Assembly: GCA_017609465.1 (NCBI GenBank)
Contig: JAFCDX010000001.1
Coordinates: 26,459 to 90,458 of the forward strand
Reading direction: 5' to 3'
From: Candidatus Woesearchaeota archaeon
Lineage (GTDB): Archaea > Nanobdellota > Nanobdellia > SCGC-AAA011-G17 > JAFCDX01
DNA length: 64,000 bases
Shown here: positions 47,367-57,510 of the stretch, one piece after another
How the letters are laid out: every line of letters begins with the position of its first letter
How positions within the stretch are numbered: the first letter of the stretch is position 1
Position numbers and translations under genes: made by a program
The notes under the pieces: model-generated
The model's database searches: none
Told to the model about the DNA's origin: nothing
What the model saw: the letters and a program-made list of their open reading frames with translations, nothing else

Positions 47367-47727
47367 TTTTTCTTGTGGACTTTTTAGAAGTTTTTTTCTG
47401 TGTTGATTTTTCTTCCTTTTTATTCACACCTGATTTTTTTGTTTTTCTTTTTTTGACAGGTTTTTCTAATTTTTTCTTTTCTTTTTTCTTTTTATCTTTC
47501 ACTTCCAGCTTTTCTTTTTTCATTGCTGATTTTACTTCAGAAGTGGTTGCTCCTTTTTTTATCTTTAAAACTATATCTAAAGGCTCCAAATGTTTTGGGT
47601 TGCATGCTCTTCTTTTAACATTTCCATCTATGATTAAGAAATTATTTTTCTTATCAACTATTACACATGTTTTTCCTGCTTCTCTTCCGGATATTTTCAT
47701 GCAAACTCTTCCTATATCAAATAACAT
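47335..47727 (-). CDS. rpl14e: Ribosomal protein L14e with Lys-rich tail
   Basis: GRVCMKISGREAGK, KRRACNPKHLEP. Confidence 0.95.
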   Translation of the reverse strand: MLFDIGRVCMKISGREAGKTCVIVDKKNNFLIIDGNVKRRACNPKHLEPLDIVLKIKKGATTSEVKSAMKKEKLEVKDKKKKEKKKLEKPVKKRKTKKSGVNKKEEKSTQKKTSKKSTRKNDKKTTKPKK

Positions 47728-47728
47728 T

Positions 47729-47992
47729 TTAACTCCTTATCCTTTTCTTTAATTCTTTTTTAGTACATTCGGGACATAAAACACCACCAAATTTTCTTGT
47801 TGGCCTTTTCTTTGTTTTTGCAGTAGTTCTCATTTTATAAGGTCTTTCTCTTATAGTCCCCCCTAAGTGCTTTCCACAATTTCCGCATTTTTGTTTAGAA
47901 TGTTTCCTTTTCTTAAAGACCATTTTTACTTTTTTTGGTCCTTTAATGAATACTCTTCTTAACTTCCTTGATATTATGTGTTTTTGTGTCAT
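47729..47992 (-). CDS. rpl34e: Ribosomal protein L34e
   Basis: CGNC...KKRPTRKFGGVLCPEC. Confidence 0.93.
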   Translation of the reverse strand: MTQKHIISRKLRRVFIKGPKKVKMVFKKRKHSKQKCGNCGKHLGGTIRERPYKMRTTAKTKKRPTRKFGGVLCPECTKKELKKRIRS

Positions 47993-48036
47993 TTTAGATA
48001 AATTTGATGAGATAAGATTTAAAAATCTTTTGATAT

Positions 48037-48840
48037 CTAATGAACTTTCATTAACTTCCTCAATAATGTATTAAATATAATTGCGGATATTAAATAAATC
48101 CAGAACCACCTTAATCCAAATATCTCAAGTTCTCTATTGTTTATTTTTATTTCTTTTATATCTGAATCTGAAACTCTTTTTGAGGGTTCTTCATACTCAT
48201 TCTCCGAGGTTATCAATAATTCTTTTGTATATTCCTCTCCTTCATACTCATAAGTAAGGACATATCCCCCTGCTTTTCCTTTCAGAGTCCAGTTGGCTTC
48301 ATAAATATCTTTGTCAGATATAAGACCTTCTTTTTTATAATGTTTAACTTCTTGAATCCTATTTGACAATAATTCGATATTCTCTGGAACTATCAACTCA
48401 ATTTCTTTGTCTACTGCTTCTTGGAAATAAACTGACGTAGAAAATTCCTCATTAGGCATTATAGGATAAAAACTCAAATGAGAATAAAACCATGCAAATA
48501 TTATCAATATAGGAATCATTGTTATGAACATGGGTTTCATTGTTTGCTTGAATTGCATCATACTTTTTTCCATAGACTTTTTCTGTAATTCTGAAACTTT
48601 TTCAGTATCATGCTTGAATTCTTTCATTTGATTTCTTATTTCTTTCATTTCCTGTTTTATAGATTTCAGGACTTCCTGATCTGTCATTTTTTTATAAATT
48701 AATGTAGAAATCAAAGTTATTATGAAAGTTATAATTAAAATACTTAAAAAAGGATCTAAACTTAGTAAAGGCTTGAATATAGGATTTAATATTGGATTAA
48801 ATATACTTGCGAAAAAATCTATTAAAAAATTTGATGCCAT
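48037..48840 (-). CDS. EMC3/TMCO1 (DUF106, Oxa1 superfamily) membrane insertase
   Basis: TM-coiled coil-KPMFITMIP...WFWIY; position between secY and L34e. Confidence 0.88.
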   Translation of the reverse strand: MASNFLIDFFASIFNPILNPIFKPLLSLDPFLSILIITFIITLISTLIYKKMTDQEVLKSIKQEMKEIRNQMKEFKHDTEKVSELQKKSMEKSMMQFKQTMKPMFITMIPILIIFAWFYSHLSFYPIMPNEEFSTSVYFQEAVDKEIELIVPENIELLSNRIQEVKHYKKEGLISDKDIYEANWTLKGKAGGYVLTYEYEGEEYTKELLITSENEYEEPSKRVSDSDIKEIKINNRELEIFGLRWFWIYLISAIIFNTLLRKLMKVH

Positions 48841-48841
48841 T

Positions 48842-50248
48842 TTAACTTGATATCATTTTTCTTAATGCAGGATACATGTCCATCATATGCTGCTTTGCAA
48901 TTTCCTCATACAATCTGTAAATTATCATAACAGCCAATAATATACCTGTTCCTCTTCCCAGCGCCCCAGATAGATCTGCTGAAGCTGCAAGTATGCCTAT
49001 AGCAATACCTCCCATTACTGTTAAAGGCATAATGTATCTTTTTAATAAAGTCTCCAATACTCTCGGGTCTCTCCTAAAACCAGGAACTTGTAATCCTGAA
49101 TTCATTATCTGTTTTGCGACGGATGATGCATCTTGTCCTGAAGTTTGCATCCAAAATATAGCAAATATTACAGAACCAACAATCAAAAATAATGCATAAA
49201 CAATTCCATGTGAAATGTCTGATAGTGATAAAGCTCCTTTAACCAAATTACCTAATAAATTTGGAGCAGACAAATAAGCAACAACACCTGAAGTTGGTGT
49301 GCTTCCTGTAAAAGTACCCAAAAATGGATATCCTAGATTCTCTAAAAATTTAGCTAATAATTGTATATTTGCCATTAAAGCAGCTATTAATATAACAGGG
49401 ATGTTACTTGTATATAAAAAGTTTAAAGGCCATCTCATACCATGACCTCTTATTCTTCCAAAGCTCAAAGGTATTTCAATTTTAATAGCTTGGAAATATG
49501 TTGCAAGGAAAAATACAACAACTGTGGCAATTATTGCTGATGCTGCTATCAATGCTCCCTGTGGGTCTCCTGCTGTTAATGAAAGCAAGAATACCCATAC
49601 TTGACCTACAGGTGATTGTCCTGATCCAAATGCCCATGTTCCTGCTGTTGTCAATGGAGAAAATGCTCTCACAAACAATCCTGCTGAAACATTTGCAGCA
49701 ATGAATAAACTAATACCAGAACCAAAACCCCATTTTTGTATAACTTCATCCATATAAAGAACTATTAGACCCCCCAATATTAATTGGCCTATCAAAACCC
49801 ATTGCATTAAAATATATGTTGACTGATCTAAGGTTTCCAAAGGAGCCAAACCTCCCATCACAACATATATAATACCTTCAAAAACTATGAAAAATATTGA
49901 TAATAACTTTTGAACTCCTTGGAATCTCATTCTTCCATCTTTTGTTAAAGTGTCAAATTTCCATATTCCAGAACCATTTAATAATTGCAACACAATAGAC
50001 GCTGTAACAATAGGTCCAATACCCAGAGACATTATGGAACCAAAACTAGCCCCAAGAATAATAGATAATTGATCAAAGGCCCCTAATGAATTTTGACCTA
50101 AACCATAAAGAGGTATTGTTGATAAAATAAAAAATGAGACTAATATTATTAATGTCCATTTTAATTTTTCCTTGAAACCAAGTTTTTTTTGTAGAGGTCC
50201 AGTTATCTCAGGCAATGCGCTTAATAATTTATTCACAATATCACTCAT
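48842..50248 (-). CDS. secY: Preprotein translocase SecY
   Basis: LGIGPIVTASI, GFGSGISLFI, YTSNIP, PGFR, GTGILL. Confidence 0.98.
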   Translation of the reverse strand: MSDIVNKLLSALPEITGPLQKKLGFKEKLKWTLIILVSFFILSTIPLYGLGQNSLGAFDQLSIILGASFGSIMSLGIGPIVTASIVLQLLNGSGIWKFDTLTKDGRMRFQGVQKLLSIFFIVFEGIIYVVMGGLAPLETLDQSTYILMQWVLIGQLILGGLIVLYMDEVIQKWGFGSGISLFIAANVSAGLFVRAFSPLTTAGTWAFGSGQSPVGQVWVFLLSLTAGDPQGALIAASAIIATVVVFFLATYFQAIKIEIPLSFGRIRGHGMRWPLNFLYTSNIPVILIAALMANIQLLAKFLENLGYPFLGTFTGSTPTSGVVAYLSAPNLLGNLVKGALSLSDISHGIVYALFLIVGSVIFAIFWMQTSGQDASSVAKQIMNSGLQVPGFRRDPRVLETLLKRYIMPLTVMGGIAIGILAASADLSGALGRGTGILLAVMIIYRLYEEIAKQHMMDMYPALRKMISS

Positions 50249-50666
50249 TTAATACTTCCCCTCCACCAGCCTCTATTTTTTCTTTTGCCTTTTCTGAGCA
50301 TGGACCCATTATCTTAAATTTATGTTCAACTTTTCCCATGCTTAATAACTTTGAATATCCCTTTTTCTTTACATCAAAAACATAATGATCTTTTTCTTTT
50401 GTGGTTAGTTTATCTATATTATTTTCAAGATCTGCGATATTTAATGTTATTATCTTGTTTTTCCTGCTATGAAAACCTTTTTTTCCAAAATATTTATTTC
50501 CTGCATACTTCAAGATCTTTGATTTCTTTTGGTCAGCTCTTTTTCCTGAACCGGCCATTCCCCTTCCACCTCTATTACCTGCTCCACGATGTTTTTTCAT
50601 AGAGCCGTATCCGTGAGTTGTATGTGCTCTTTGCCTTGTATTTTTCTTTCTTTTATTGACTGTCAT
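50241..50666 (-). CDS. rpl15: Ribosomal protein uL15
   Basis: THGYG...RGAGNRGGRGMAG. Confidence 0.95.
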   Translation of the reverse strand: MTVNKRKKNTRQRAHTTHGYGSMKKHRGAGNRGGRGMAGSGKRADQKKSKILKYAGNKYFGKKGFHSRKNKIITLNIADLENNIDKLTTKEKDHYVFDVKKKGYSKLLSMGKVEHKFKIMGPCSEKAKEKIEAGGGEVLNE

Positions 50667-50667
50667 T

Positions 50668-51138
50668 TTAAATCATTCTTTTTATTAAATCATTTATTTT
50701 TTCCTTTCTATAACCTAAAACTCCCCCTAAACTAAAAGGTTTTTTAATTCCTCCCTTTTCAAATCCTTTTACAGGTGGCTTTAATCTAAAATAAGGTTTT
50801 AATCCAGGAATATCTTTTATATTCTTTTTAAGATTAATAAAATCCTCTGCAAAAGTGTTGATATCTGTTTTTAATTTTTCTTTCAAATATTCCTCTGTTA
50901 AGAGTTTTTTACCTGGAAGTTTACCTCTGTTTTTTAATAATTCAACAAAAGTCTCTTTGTCTAATTCTCCCCAAGTTACATAATCCTTAACAATTTTAAG
51001 CATTCCAACAGCTGCATTGTTTTTTGATGATATTATTGAACAAGAATTCTTTTTATGCAAATTAAGCATCTTCAAAGTATCCTTTACCTTTTTCTTCACT
51101 CTTAGAGTTCCCCTGATTTGAACTATTGCTATTCTCAT
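50668..51138 (-). CDS. rpl30: Ribosomal protein uL30
   Basis: DTLKMLNL, DYVTWGE, RLKPP. Confidence 0.95.
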   Translation of the reverse strand: MRIAIVQIRGTLRVKKKVKDTLKMLNLHKKNSCSIISSKNNAAVGMLKIVKDYVTWGELDKETFVELLKNRGKLPGKKLLTEEYLKEKLKTDINTFAEDFINLKKNIKDIPGLKPYFRLKPPVKGFEKGGIKKPFSLGGVLGYRKEKINDLIKRMI

Positions 51139-51980
51139 TTTCTTTTAAACCTTGACAAGTTATTCAATGCATCAAAGCACGCCTTTACAACATTTATTTT
51201 TGTTTTTGTTTGTCCGTAAGTTTTTGAATATACATCAGTTATCCCAAGCACATCTAAAATCTTTTTTACTTCACTTTCAGTCAAGATACCTGTTCCTTTT
51301 GGGGCAGGATATAATTCTACTTTTACAGAAGAGGATTTCCCTGAAGTTTTGTAAGGTATTGAATGCTCTTCTCCACACCCACAATCCCAGCTTCCACAAC
51401 CTCTTGGTATTTTTATAATATTCAATTTAGCATTTCTTATTGCTTTTTCTCTTGCAGGAACAGTCTCTTTTGCTTTCGCAAACCCTATTCCAACATAACC
51501 ATTTTTATTACCCACAACAGCAAAGGTTGCAAATTTTATCCTGTTGCCTTCTTTTGTTTTTTTCTGGGTCTGTCTCCAAATATTTCTTTTCCCTCCTCCA
51601 AATTTACCCTTTGCCTGTCCAATATTCAATAATACAACTTCTAGATTTGGTAATAATTTATCAACTATTTGGGGTTCCATGATTCTGTCTGGAGATTTTA
51701 ATATTTGGTCTATGTCTGTTATTTCTCCGGAGTTTACCTTTTTTCCTAATACTGTCTTTGGGATCCATTCCAATTCAACACCTTTTATACCACTTTCACT
51801 CTCTTTTTCTTCCTCTTTATTTTCTTTCTCTACATCTTCTTCATATACTTCTTCTTTAACTTCTCCAGCACTCTTTATTTGTTTCTCCTCTATTTCAAGA
51901 GATTCTTGCTGAGCTTCTTCCTTCGCTTCATCCTCTCCCGGATGCTTTTCCACTTTCCTACTTCTTCTTATTTCTGGCAT
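51135..51980 (-). CDS. rps5: Ribosomal protein uS5 with acidic N-terminal extension
   Basis: WIPKTxLG, VVGNKNGYVG, RGCGSW. Confidence 0.96.
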   Translation of the reverse strand: MPEIRRSRKVEKHPGEDEAKEEAQQESLEIEEKQIKSAGEVKEEVYEEDVEKENKEEEKESESGIKGVELEWIPKTVLGKKVNSGEITDIDQILKSPDRIMEPQIVDKLLPNLEVVLLNIGQAKGKFGGGKRNIWRQTQKKTKEGNRIKFATFAVVGNKNGYVGIGFAKAKETVPAREKAIRNAKLNIIKIPRGCGSWDCGCGEEHSIPYKTSGKSSSVKVELYPAPKGTGILTESEVKKILDVLGITDVYSKTYGQTKTKINVVKACFDALNNLSRFKRK

Positions 51981-51981
51981 T

Positions 51982-52479
51982 TTACTCCTTAATTATTTTA
52001 TTTTTTATTTCCTGAAAATTTTCAGGTAAATATTTTTTATTATATAATTTTATATTTTCTCCTTGCAACATTTGCTTGTTTGGAATTACTTTTTCTGAAT
52101 GAGGTACATCAACACCCGCATCCAAGACCCCTTTTAATGCTGAATATAATCTATTGCTTTTTCTTTGTAAGCCTAAGTCAAGTATTGCTTCTTTTATGTT
52201 TTTTGATTTTGCTTTTTTCCCAGCCAACAAACCAGTTAAATAGCTTGAAGGAATATTTCCTCTGTTGTTTTTATATCCTAATTTCACAAGCTCCTTGCTG
52301 TTAGCCCCGATTATTACATAATCCCCTTTAGGGTTAAAGCTTACGAATTGCACAGTAATGCCTGTGTTGGATTTTCTTATTACCAATCTTGTCTTTCTTG
52401 ACGAAAGTAATTTAAGCCTGTTCTTATACGAAGTTTTTCCCTTTCTCTTATATTTTACTGTATAATTTTTATTTGTCAT
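51982..52479 (-). CDS. rpl18: Ribosomal protein uL18
   Basis: RLVIRKSN, YLTGLL, AILDLGL. Confidence 0.95.
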   Translation of the reverse strand: MTNKNYTVKYKRKGKTSYKNRLKLLSSRKTRLVIRKSNTGITVQFVSFNPKGDYVIIGANSKELVKLGYKNNRGNIPSSYLTGLLAGKKAKSKNIKEAILDLGLQRKSNRLYSALKGVLDAGVDVPHSEKVIPNKQMLQGENIKLYNKKYLPENFQEIKNKIIKE

Positions 52480-52930
52480 ATTTCTCCTCTAATAAATTAT
52501 TATCTTTAATGAAAATGTCAAGATGTCTCTTACTTCTGAAGAATCCTCCTTTTGCTTTTCTTCTTAACATATTGTAATTTGATGTTGATAATTGCCCCTC
52601 ATCCTTTAATTTTCTAAGCATTTTTCTTTGCAATCTTATTTTTGAAACCCAAATATCCTTTCTAGGCAATCTTGAAGTTGCCTTTCCCTTTCTTGAACCT
52701 TTTCCTTTTCTCCTGTCCTTTCTCTTTTGTTCAAGTATTTTTCTGGCATTGTATCTCGAATGTCCTTTCTTCTGCTTTTTTGATACTGCTTTTTCCCCTA
52801 TAAGCCTTCTTACATCCCCTTTTGTTATAGCTTCCTTTATGTCTGCCTGTCTGGAAGAATCAAATTTTATTCTTTTCTTTCCAGCACCAAGAATTTTTGA
52901 TGCCAACCTTTTTTGTAATTTTAGTTTCAT
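52469..52930 (-). CDS. rpl19e: Ribosomal protein L19e
   Basis: LQKRLAS, GxGSRKG, KAKGGFF. Confidence 0.96.
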   Translation of the reverse strand: MKLKLQKRLASKILGAGKKRIKFDSSRQADIKEAITKGDVRRLIGEKAVSKKQKKGHSRYNARKILEQKRKDRRKGKGSRKGKATSRLPRKDIWVSKIRLQRKMLRKLKDEGQLSTSNYNMLRRKAKGGFFRSKRHLDIFIKDNNLLEEKYDK

Positions 52931-52931
52931 C

Positions 52932-53498
52932 TTACTTAGGGGCTTTCTTTTTCATGTCCTCCTTTATCTTTTCTGCAAATTCTTGTGCTTTTTTTTGCTT
53001 TTCTTCTTTTTCTGATTTTTTCTTTTCCTTTGACTTTTCCTCAAGAGATTTCTTTTTCTCTTTTCTTTTCTCTGATTTTTTCTTTTTCTCCTCTTTTTTG
53101 AATTGAATTAATTTATTTTTTTCTTCAATGAATTTATCGACATCTTTGATATTATCAACAATAAAACCTTTTTCCTTGATTTTTGTTAAAATATCTAATT
53201 TTTTCCTTAATCCCAAATTTTTTCCTATCGTTATTGAATTCTTACTCTTGTCTATTTTTTCCAATTCGTTTGCATTTAAAATAACAACAGGTATAAGATC
53301 ATTCTTGCCTTTTCCTCTTAATTTTTTTGGACTTCCATAACCAATGGCAGGTTTTTTCTGATGACCTTTCTTGTTCAGTCTTAACTTATTGTGTATCCCT
53401 CTTGGCTTTCTCCAAGACTTAAACTGCTTCTTCCTATTAGAATCCCCTCTAATAAAATTGGGTTTTTTCTTGTCATTATTTATTTTATTTTCTTTCAT
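52932..53498 (-). CDS. rpl32e: Ribosomal protein L32e with charged tail
   Basis: WRKPRGIHNK, IGYGSP. Confidence 0.95.
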   Translation of the reverse strand: MKENKINNDKKKPNFIRGDSNRKKQFKSWRKPRGIHNKLRLNKKGHQKKPAIGYGSPKKLRGKGKNDLIPVVILNANELEKIDKSKNSITIGKNLGLRKKLDILTKIKEKGFIVDNIKDVDKFIEEKNKLIQFKKEEKKKKSEKRKEKKKSLEEKSKEKKKSEKEEKQKKAQEFAEKIKEDMKKKAPK

Positions 53499-54052
53499 TT
53501 TATCAAAGTTGGCTTCTTAGTCATCCATATCCCATCTTGGAATATACGCTTGTCCCTATTTTTTATTTTTGTTGAACGCTCTATATTTGCTGCAGTCTGT
53601 CCAACACTCTCCTTATTTATTCCAGTAATCTTGATTATATCCCCATTAATTTCAACTTTAACATCAGGATACAAATCTGCCTTTCTTGGTATTTTTTCCC
53701 CTAGAAAATTCTTTACAACCAAGGTATTATTTTCATTACTTACAGACATAGGGAAGTGACCTGAACATATCTTCAACTCTGCTTCATAATTATGGACAAC
53801 CCCCTCAATCATATTATTTATATGAGAAGCGATTGTCTTTAAAATAGATTTATCTTTTTTTGTATGTTTTTTCGAAGAAACATAAATTACAACAGAATTG
53901 TCCTTTTTTTCCAATTTAACTCTTGGATTAAGGAAATTTCTTTGCATCTCCCCATTAGGCCCGGATATTTTTAAATTATAATTATCTATTTCGCAGCTTA
54001 CTCCCTCAGGCAATTCCAATACTATTTCCCTTATTTTTAATCTTTCCTTCAT
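53495..54052 (-). CDS. rpl6: Ribosomal protein uL6
   Basis: HFPM, NFLGEK, VGQTAANIE, DKRIFQDG; ATG at 54052 preferred over upstream TTG. Confidence 0.96.
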   Translation of the reverse strand: MKERLKIREIVLELPEGVSCEIDNYNLKISGPNGEMQRNFLNPRVKLEKKDNSVVIYVSSKKHTKKDKSILKTIASHINNMIEGVVHNYEAELKICSGHFPMSVSNENNTLVVKNFLGEKIPRKADLYPDVKVEINGDIIKITGINKESVGQTAANIERSTKIKNRDKRIFQDGIWMTKKPTLIK

Positions 54053-54054
54053 TT

Positions 54055-54447
54055 TTAATAACAATATGCAATTAATCTTCCCCCTATACCCTTTTCTATT
54101 GCCTCCTTATGAGTCATTAATCCTTGTGAGGTTGAAACAATTATTAATCCTACATTTTTGGAAGGCAAAAATCTCTTTTCAAATTTTTCATAATCATTGA
54201 GTTTTACAGAAAATCTTGGTTTTATAACTCCACATTTGTTAATATTGCCCAAGAGATTAATTTCAATATGACCTTTCTTATTTTCCTTTACTATATTAAA
54301 TTCCCCTATATAATTATTATCGTGAAGTATTTTCAATATATTATTGGCAATATTGCTTATTGGTTTAACTATGCATTTGCTTTTTCCTACTTTCTCACAA
54401 TTATTTATTGTGGATATTATATTTGATAAAGGGTCATTCAATGTCAT
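54055..54447 (-). CDS. rps8: Ribosomal protein uS8
   Basis: DPL, CGVIKPRF, STSQGLMTH. Confidence 0.97.
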   Translation of the reverse strand: MTLNDPLSNIISTINNCEKVGKSKCIVKPISNIANNILKILHDNNYIGEFNIVKENKKGHIEINLLGNINKCGVIKPRFSVKLNDYEKFEKRFLPSKNVGLIIVSTSQGLMTHKEAIEKGIGGRLIAYCY

Positions 54448-54448
54448 T

Positions 54449-54679
54449 TTAATTGTATTTTTTAAATCCTAATGACAATGCTGTTTCTCTGAAACATTGT
54501 CTGCACAGATTCAATCCGTACTTTCTTATGTGCCCTCCTATTCTTCCGCATCTTGAGCATCTTCTTGCTGCTTTTCCGAATTTTCTCTCTTTTGGTGCGT
54601 TATGTTTTTTATATTTCTCCATTTTAGCCGGTTTTTTCTCTAATTGATTGAATATTTTGTCATAAGATTTATATGTCAT
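54449..54679 (-). CDS. rps14: Ribosomal protein uS14
   Basis: CSRC...[13 protein letters not shown]. Confidence 0.96.
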   Translation of the reverse strand: MTYKSYDKIFNQLEKKPAKMEKYKKHNAPKERKFGKAARRCSRCGRIGGHIRKYGLNLCRQCFRETALSLGFKKYN

Positions 54680-55182
54680 TTTATGTTAACTCCAAATTCT
54701 TTCTCAACAAAAGATATTGCTTCTTCTTTTGTTATTTTTATTTTTTTAGGAAGATTTTTTCTGTTTAAGCTTCTTCTTTTTATTCTGAATCCAGGCCTAG
54801 CCAATGTTACTGCAACATCCATTCCATACATTCCAATTTCTGGATTATATTCGACGCCTGGGATATCAATATACTCCTGTATTCCAAAGGAAAAGTTTCC
54901 GTGCTGATCAAAATTTTTCTTTTTTAATAAATCTTCTTTTGATTTCAACAACCTTGACAATAATTCATGAGCTTTTTTCTTTCTCAAAGTAACCATTGCA
55001 GCAATTTTAAGATTAGGTCTTAAACCCCATGTTGGAATTCTCTTCTTAGTGGAAGTTTCAACTGGTTTTGAGCCTGTTATATAATTCAATAACTTAACTG
55101 CTTTATCCAGATTATTTCCTGGCTCTCCAACACCCATGTTAAGAGTTACTTTCTCAACTTTTATATTTCTCATATTATTCAT
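54676..55182 (-). CDS. rpl5: Ribosomal protein uL5
   Basis: [17 protein letters not shown]. Confidence 0.97.
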   Translation of the reverse strand: MNNMRNIKVEKVTLNMGVGEPGNNLDKAVKLLNYITGSKPVETSTKKRIPTWGLRPNLKIAAMVTLRKKKAHELLSRLLKSKEDLLKKKNFDQHGNFSFGIQEYIDIPGVEYNPEIGMYGMDVAVTLARPGFRIKRRSLNRKNLPKKIKITKEEAISFVEKEFGVNIK

Positions 55183-55876
55183 TTTTCATTGAAACTCCTA
55201 TTGATTTTTCATCAGGAACAGGAAATGTGTATTTCTTCAAAGTTTCATAATTCCTGTTTCCTAATTTGAATGTTACTTTTGGTTTGTTGTTTCTAGAACC
55301 TTTCTTTATCTCAACAACCTTACCTATATTTCCTTTATAATTTCCTTTTGTAATGTAAATGTTTGCTCCTTTCTCCATCTTTATGTGTTTTTTAATCTTG
55401 TTTTCATTTAAATCAATAATAACTGAATCTCCTAATTTATAATCATCTTTTGAAATTATAATATTTCTTCCATCATTAAGATTAATCTGCAATTTTCCTC
55501 CTTTTATGTATGTTTTTCCTATAATTTTCCCTAGTTTTTCATTATTGTTATTAATTTTATTGATTATGAAATTTCCTGTATTATCATACACCAAAATATA
55601 ATTCTCTTTTAAAGAAGGAATTTCTATTATGTCCATTATACCCACAGGGAATCTGTAGTCTTTTCTTGGTTTTTTATTAATAAGTATCTTTCCTTCATTC
55701 AATATACTCTTAACTTCTTTTGTTGTTTTAGCATATTTTAAAAAATATTTTATTAAAATATTAAGATTTATTGATTCATCCAAGGCGTGGGGTCCTGGCA
55801 TAGTTCTTGTTATCCATTTTGTTTTTTTCCTTCCAATCTTCCAATTTCCTGGCGAGGATATTCTTTTAAGATGCAT
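55175..55876 (-). CDS. rps4e: Ribosomal protein S4e
   Basis: HLKRISSP, PGPH, FPVGIMD. Confidence 0.96.
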   Translation of the reverse strand: MHLKRISSPGNWKIGRKKTKWITRTMPGPHALDESINLNILIKYFLKYAKTTKEVKSILNEGKILINKKPRKDYRFPVGIMDIIEIPSLKENYILVYDNTGNFIINKINNNNEKLGKIIGKTYIKGGKLQINLNDGRNIIISKDDYKLGDSVIIDLNENKIKKHIKMEKGANIYITKGNYKGNIGKVVEIKKGSRNNKPKVTFKLGNRNYETLKKYTFPVPDEKSIGVSMKNE

Positions 55877-56258
55877 TTTTATTACCTTCTAATTTTATTT
55901 TTCTTTTTTTGTCTGACAAATCAAATACTGTTATCATAAGATTTGAAATCTTTATTGGGTAACTGGATTTTGTTCCATCTTTTCTTATTTGATTTATATT
56001 TTCTATTTTTGCCCTACTCCTTATTAAATCTATATTTTCAACTTTTCCTGATTTTCCTTTAAACTGACCCTTCAATACTTTAACAGTATCTCCTTTTCTC
56101 AATCTAAATGACCTTTTTGAATATTTTTTTCTAAGTTCAGGGGACAAATGACATCCCAAAAACTTACCCAAGATGTTTAATGGAGCATTCTTTCTATATT
56201 TTCTCTGCTTTCTTGGTTGCTTACTTCTATTCCATTTCTTTGAAAATATTTTCTTCAT
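55866..56258 (-). CDS. rpl24: Ribosomal protein uL24
   Basis: SKQPRKQRK, RKGDTVKV. Confidence 0.96.
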   Translation of the reverse strand: MKKIFSKKWNRSKQPRKQRKYRKNAPLNILGKFLGCHLSPELRKKYSKRSFRLRKGDTVKVLKGQFKGKSGKVENIDLIRSRAKIENINQIRKDGTKSSYPIKISNLMITVFDLSDKKRKIKLEGNKNAS

Positions 56259-56259
56259 T

Positions 56260-56661
56260 TTATACTATTATTTTTGCTAATTTTGAGACTCCTGCCCATC
56301 TTTCAGCAGCTTCCTTGGCTATTGCTCCTTTCAATAATGTCCCTTTTGGATTTCCTTTTGTATCCTTTAGCACAACTGCGGCATTATCTTCAAATTTTAT
56401 CCTTGTACCGTCAGGTCTCCTATATTCCTTTTTTTGTCTTACTATTATAGCATTAACAACCTGTTTTTTCATTGCAGGAGTCCCTTTGACAACAGATGCT
56501 GTTATCAAATCCCCAACACCGCAATCGGGGCTTTTTCCCTTTTTTGTTTTTCTTCCCTTAACAGATATTATTCTCAATATACGTGCGCCTGAATTATCAC
56601 ATGTTTCTATTCTTGAATCTTTCTGGAACGCTTTTGTTACCTTTGCTTTTATTGCTTTCAT
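56260..56661 (-). CDS. rpl14: Ribosomal protein uL14
   Basis: DNSGA, FEDNAAV. Confidence 0.97.
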   Translation of the reverse strand: MKAIKAKVTKAFQKDSRIETCDNSGARILRIISVKGRKTKKGKSPDCGVGDLITASVVKGTPAMKKQVVNAIIVRQKKEYRRPDGTRIKFEDNAAVVLKDTKGNPKGTLLKGAIAKEAAERWAGVSKLAKIIV

Positions 56662-56963
56662 TTTAACACTTCCACTATAACATTATGTTTTGTTTTTGAA
56701 ATTGGTTTTGATCCAATAACTCTAACCTTGTCTCCTATGCTAACTTCCATACAACCAGGTTTATGAACATGAAGTGCGCTTTTTCTTTTTTCATACCTTT
56801 CATATTTTGGAAGATAATAATTCCTTGTCCATTCTATTTTTACAGTTCCTTTTGAGGAAAGTTTTGTGACTGTTCCTGTAAATACACGTCCCCTAGTTTT
56901 CAAACTACCATGAAAAGGGCAATTCTTATCATCACATTTTTCCATTTCCTTTTTATTTTTCAT
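56658..56963 (-). CDS. rps17: Ribosomal protein uS17
   Basis: CPFHG, KYERYEKR, PISKTK. Confidence 0.96.
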   Translation of the reverse strand: MKNKKEMEKCDDKNCPFHGSLKTRGRVFTGTVTKLSSKGTVKIEWTRNYYLPKYERYEKRKSALHVHKPGCMEVSIGDKVRVIGSKPISKTKHNVIVEVLK

Positions 56964-57208
56964 TTTAATCTTTCCTCTGGTCTTTTTGCAATCCTTTTTC
57001 CTTTGATTTTCTTGTTTTCATTTATAAGCATGATTTCAATCTGGTTTTTTAATATCTTTTTTTCTTTGCCTTTTACTTCAAGTGTTATTGTATTTTTAGT
57101 TTCGTCTATCACTTTTCCTTCAATACCAATAAGGGTTATATTTTTTGAATCTGTTATTTTTATCTCTTTTCCTATGAGTTCTATTTTTTCCTCGTCCCTT
57201 AACTTCAT
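56960..57208 (-). CDS. rnp1: Ribonuclease P protein Rpp29
   Basis: ELIG...GIEGKVIDETKNT...RPEER; canonical operon position. Confidence 0.92.
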   Translation of the reverse strand: MKLRDEEKIELIGKEIKITDSKNITLIGIEGKVIDETKNTITLEVKGKEKKILKNQIEIMLINENKKIKGKRIAKRPEERLK

Positions 57209-57510
57209 TTTGTTTCTATGGTGTCTTCCTGGAATCCAAGTTTCATGAGTTCTTCTTTGACCTTTTCAACGTGATTTCCTTGCAACTCTATAACGCCATC
57301 TTTGTGCGTTCCTCCACATGCAAGTTTTTGCTTTAGTTTTTTAGTAAGCTCTTTTATATCAACGTCTTTGGTCAACCCCTGAATAACAGTCATTTTTTTT
57401 CCAAATCTTCTTTCCACGGTTTTAATAAGGATTTTCTGTTTTCCTTTTGCCAACTCACCACACATGCAGATTTCTTTGGGTAAACCACACTTTTCGCAAA
57501 TTTCACTCAC
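57205..57510 (-). CDS. sui1: Translation initiation factor aIF1 (SUI1)
   Basis: CEKCGLPKEIC, LKQKLACGGT, IELQGNH; GTG start. Confidence 0.95.
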   Translation of the reverse strand: MSEICEKCGLPKEICMCGELAKGKQKILIKTVERRFGKKMTVIQGLTKDVDIKELTKKLKQKLACGGTHKDGVIELQGNHVEKVKEELMKLGFQEDTIETK

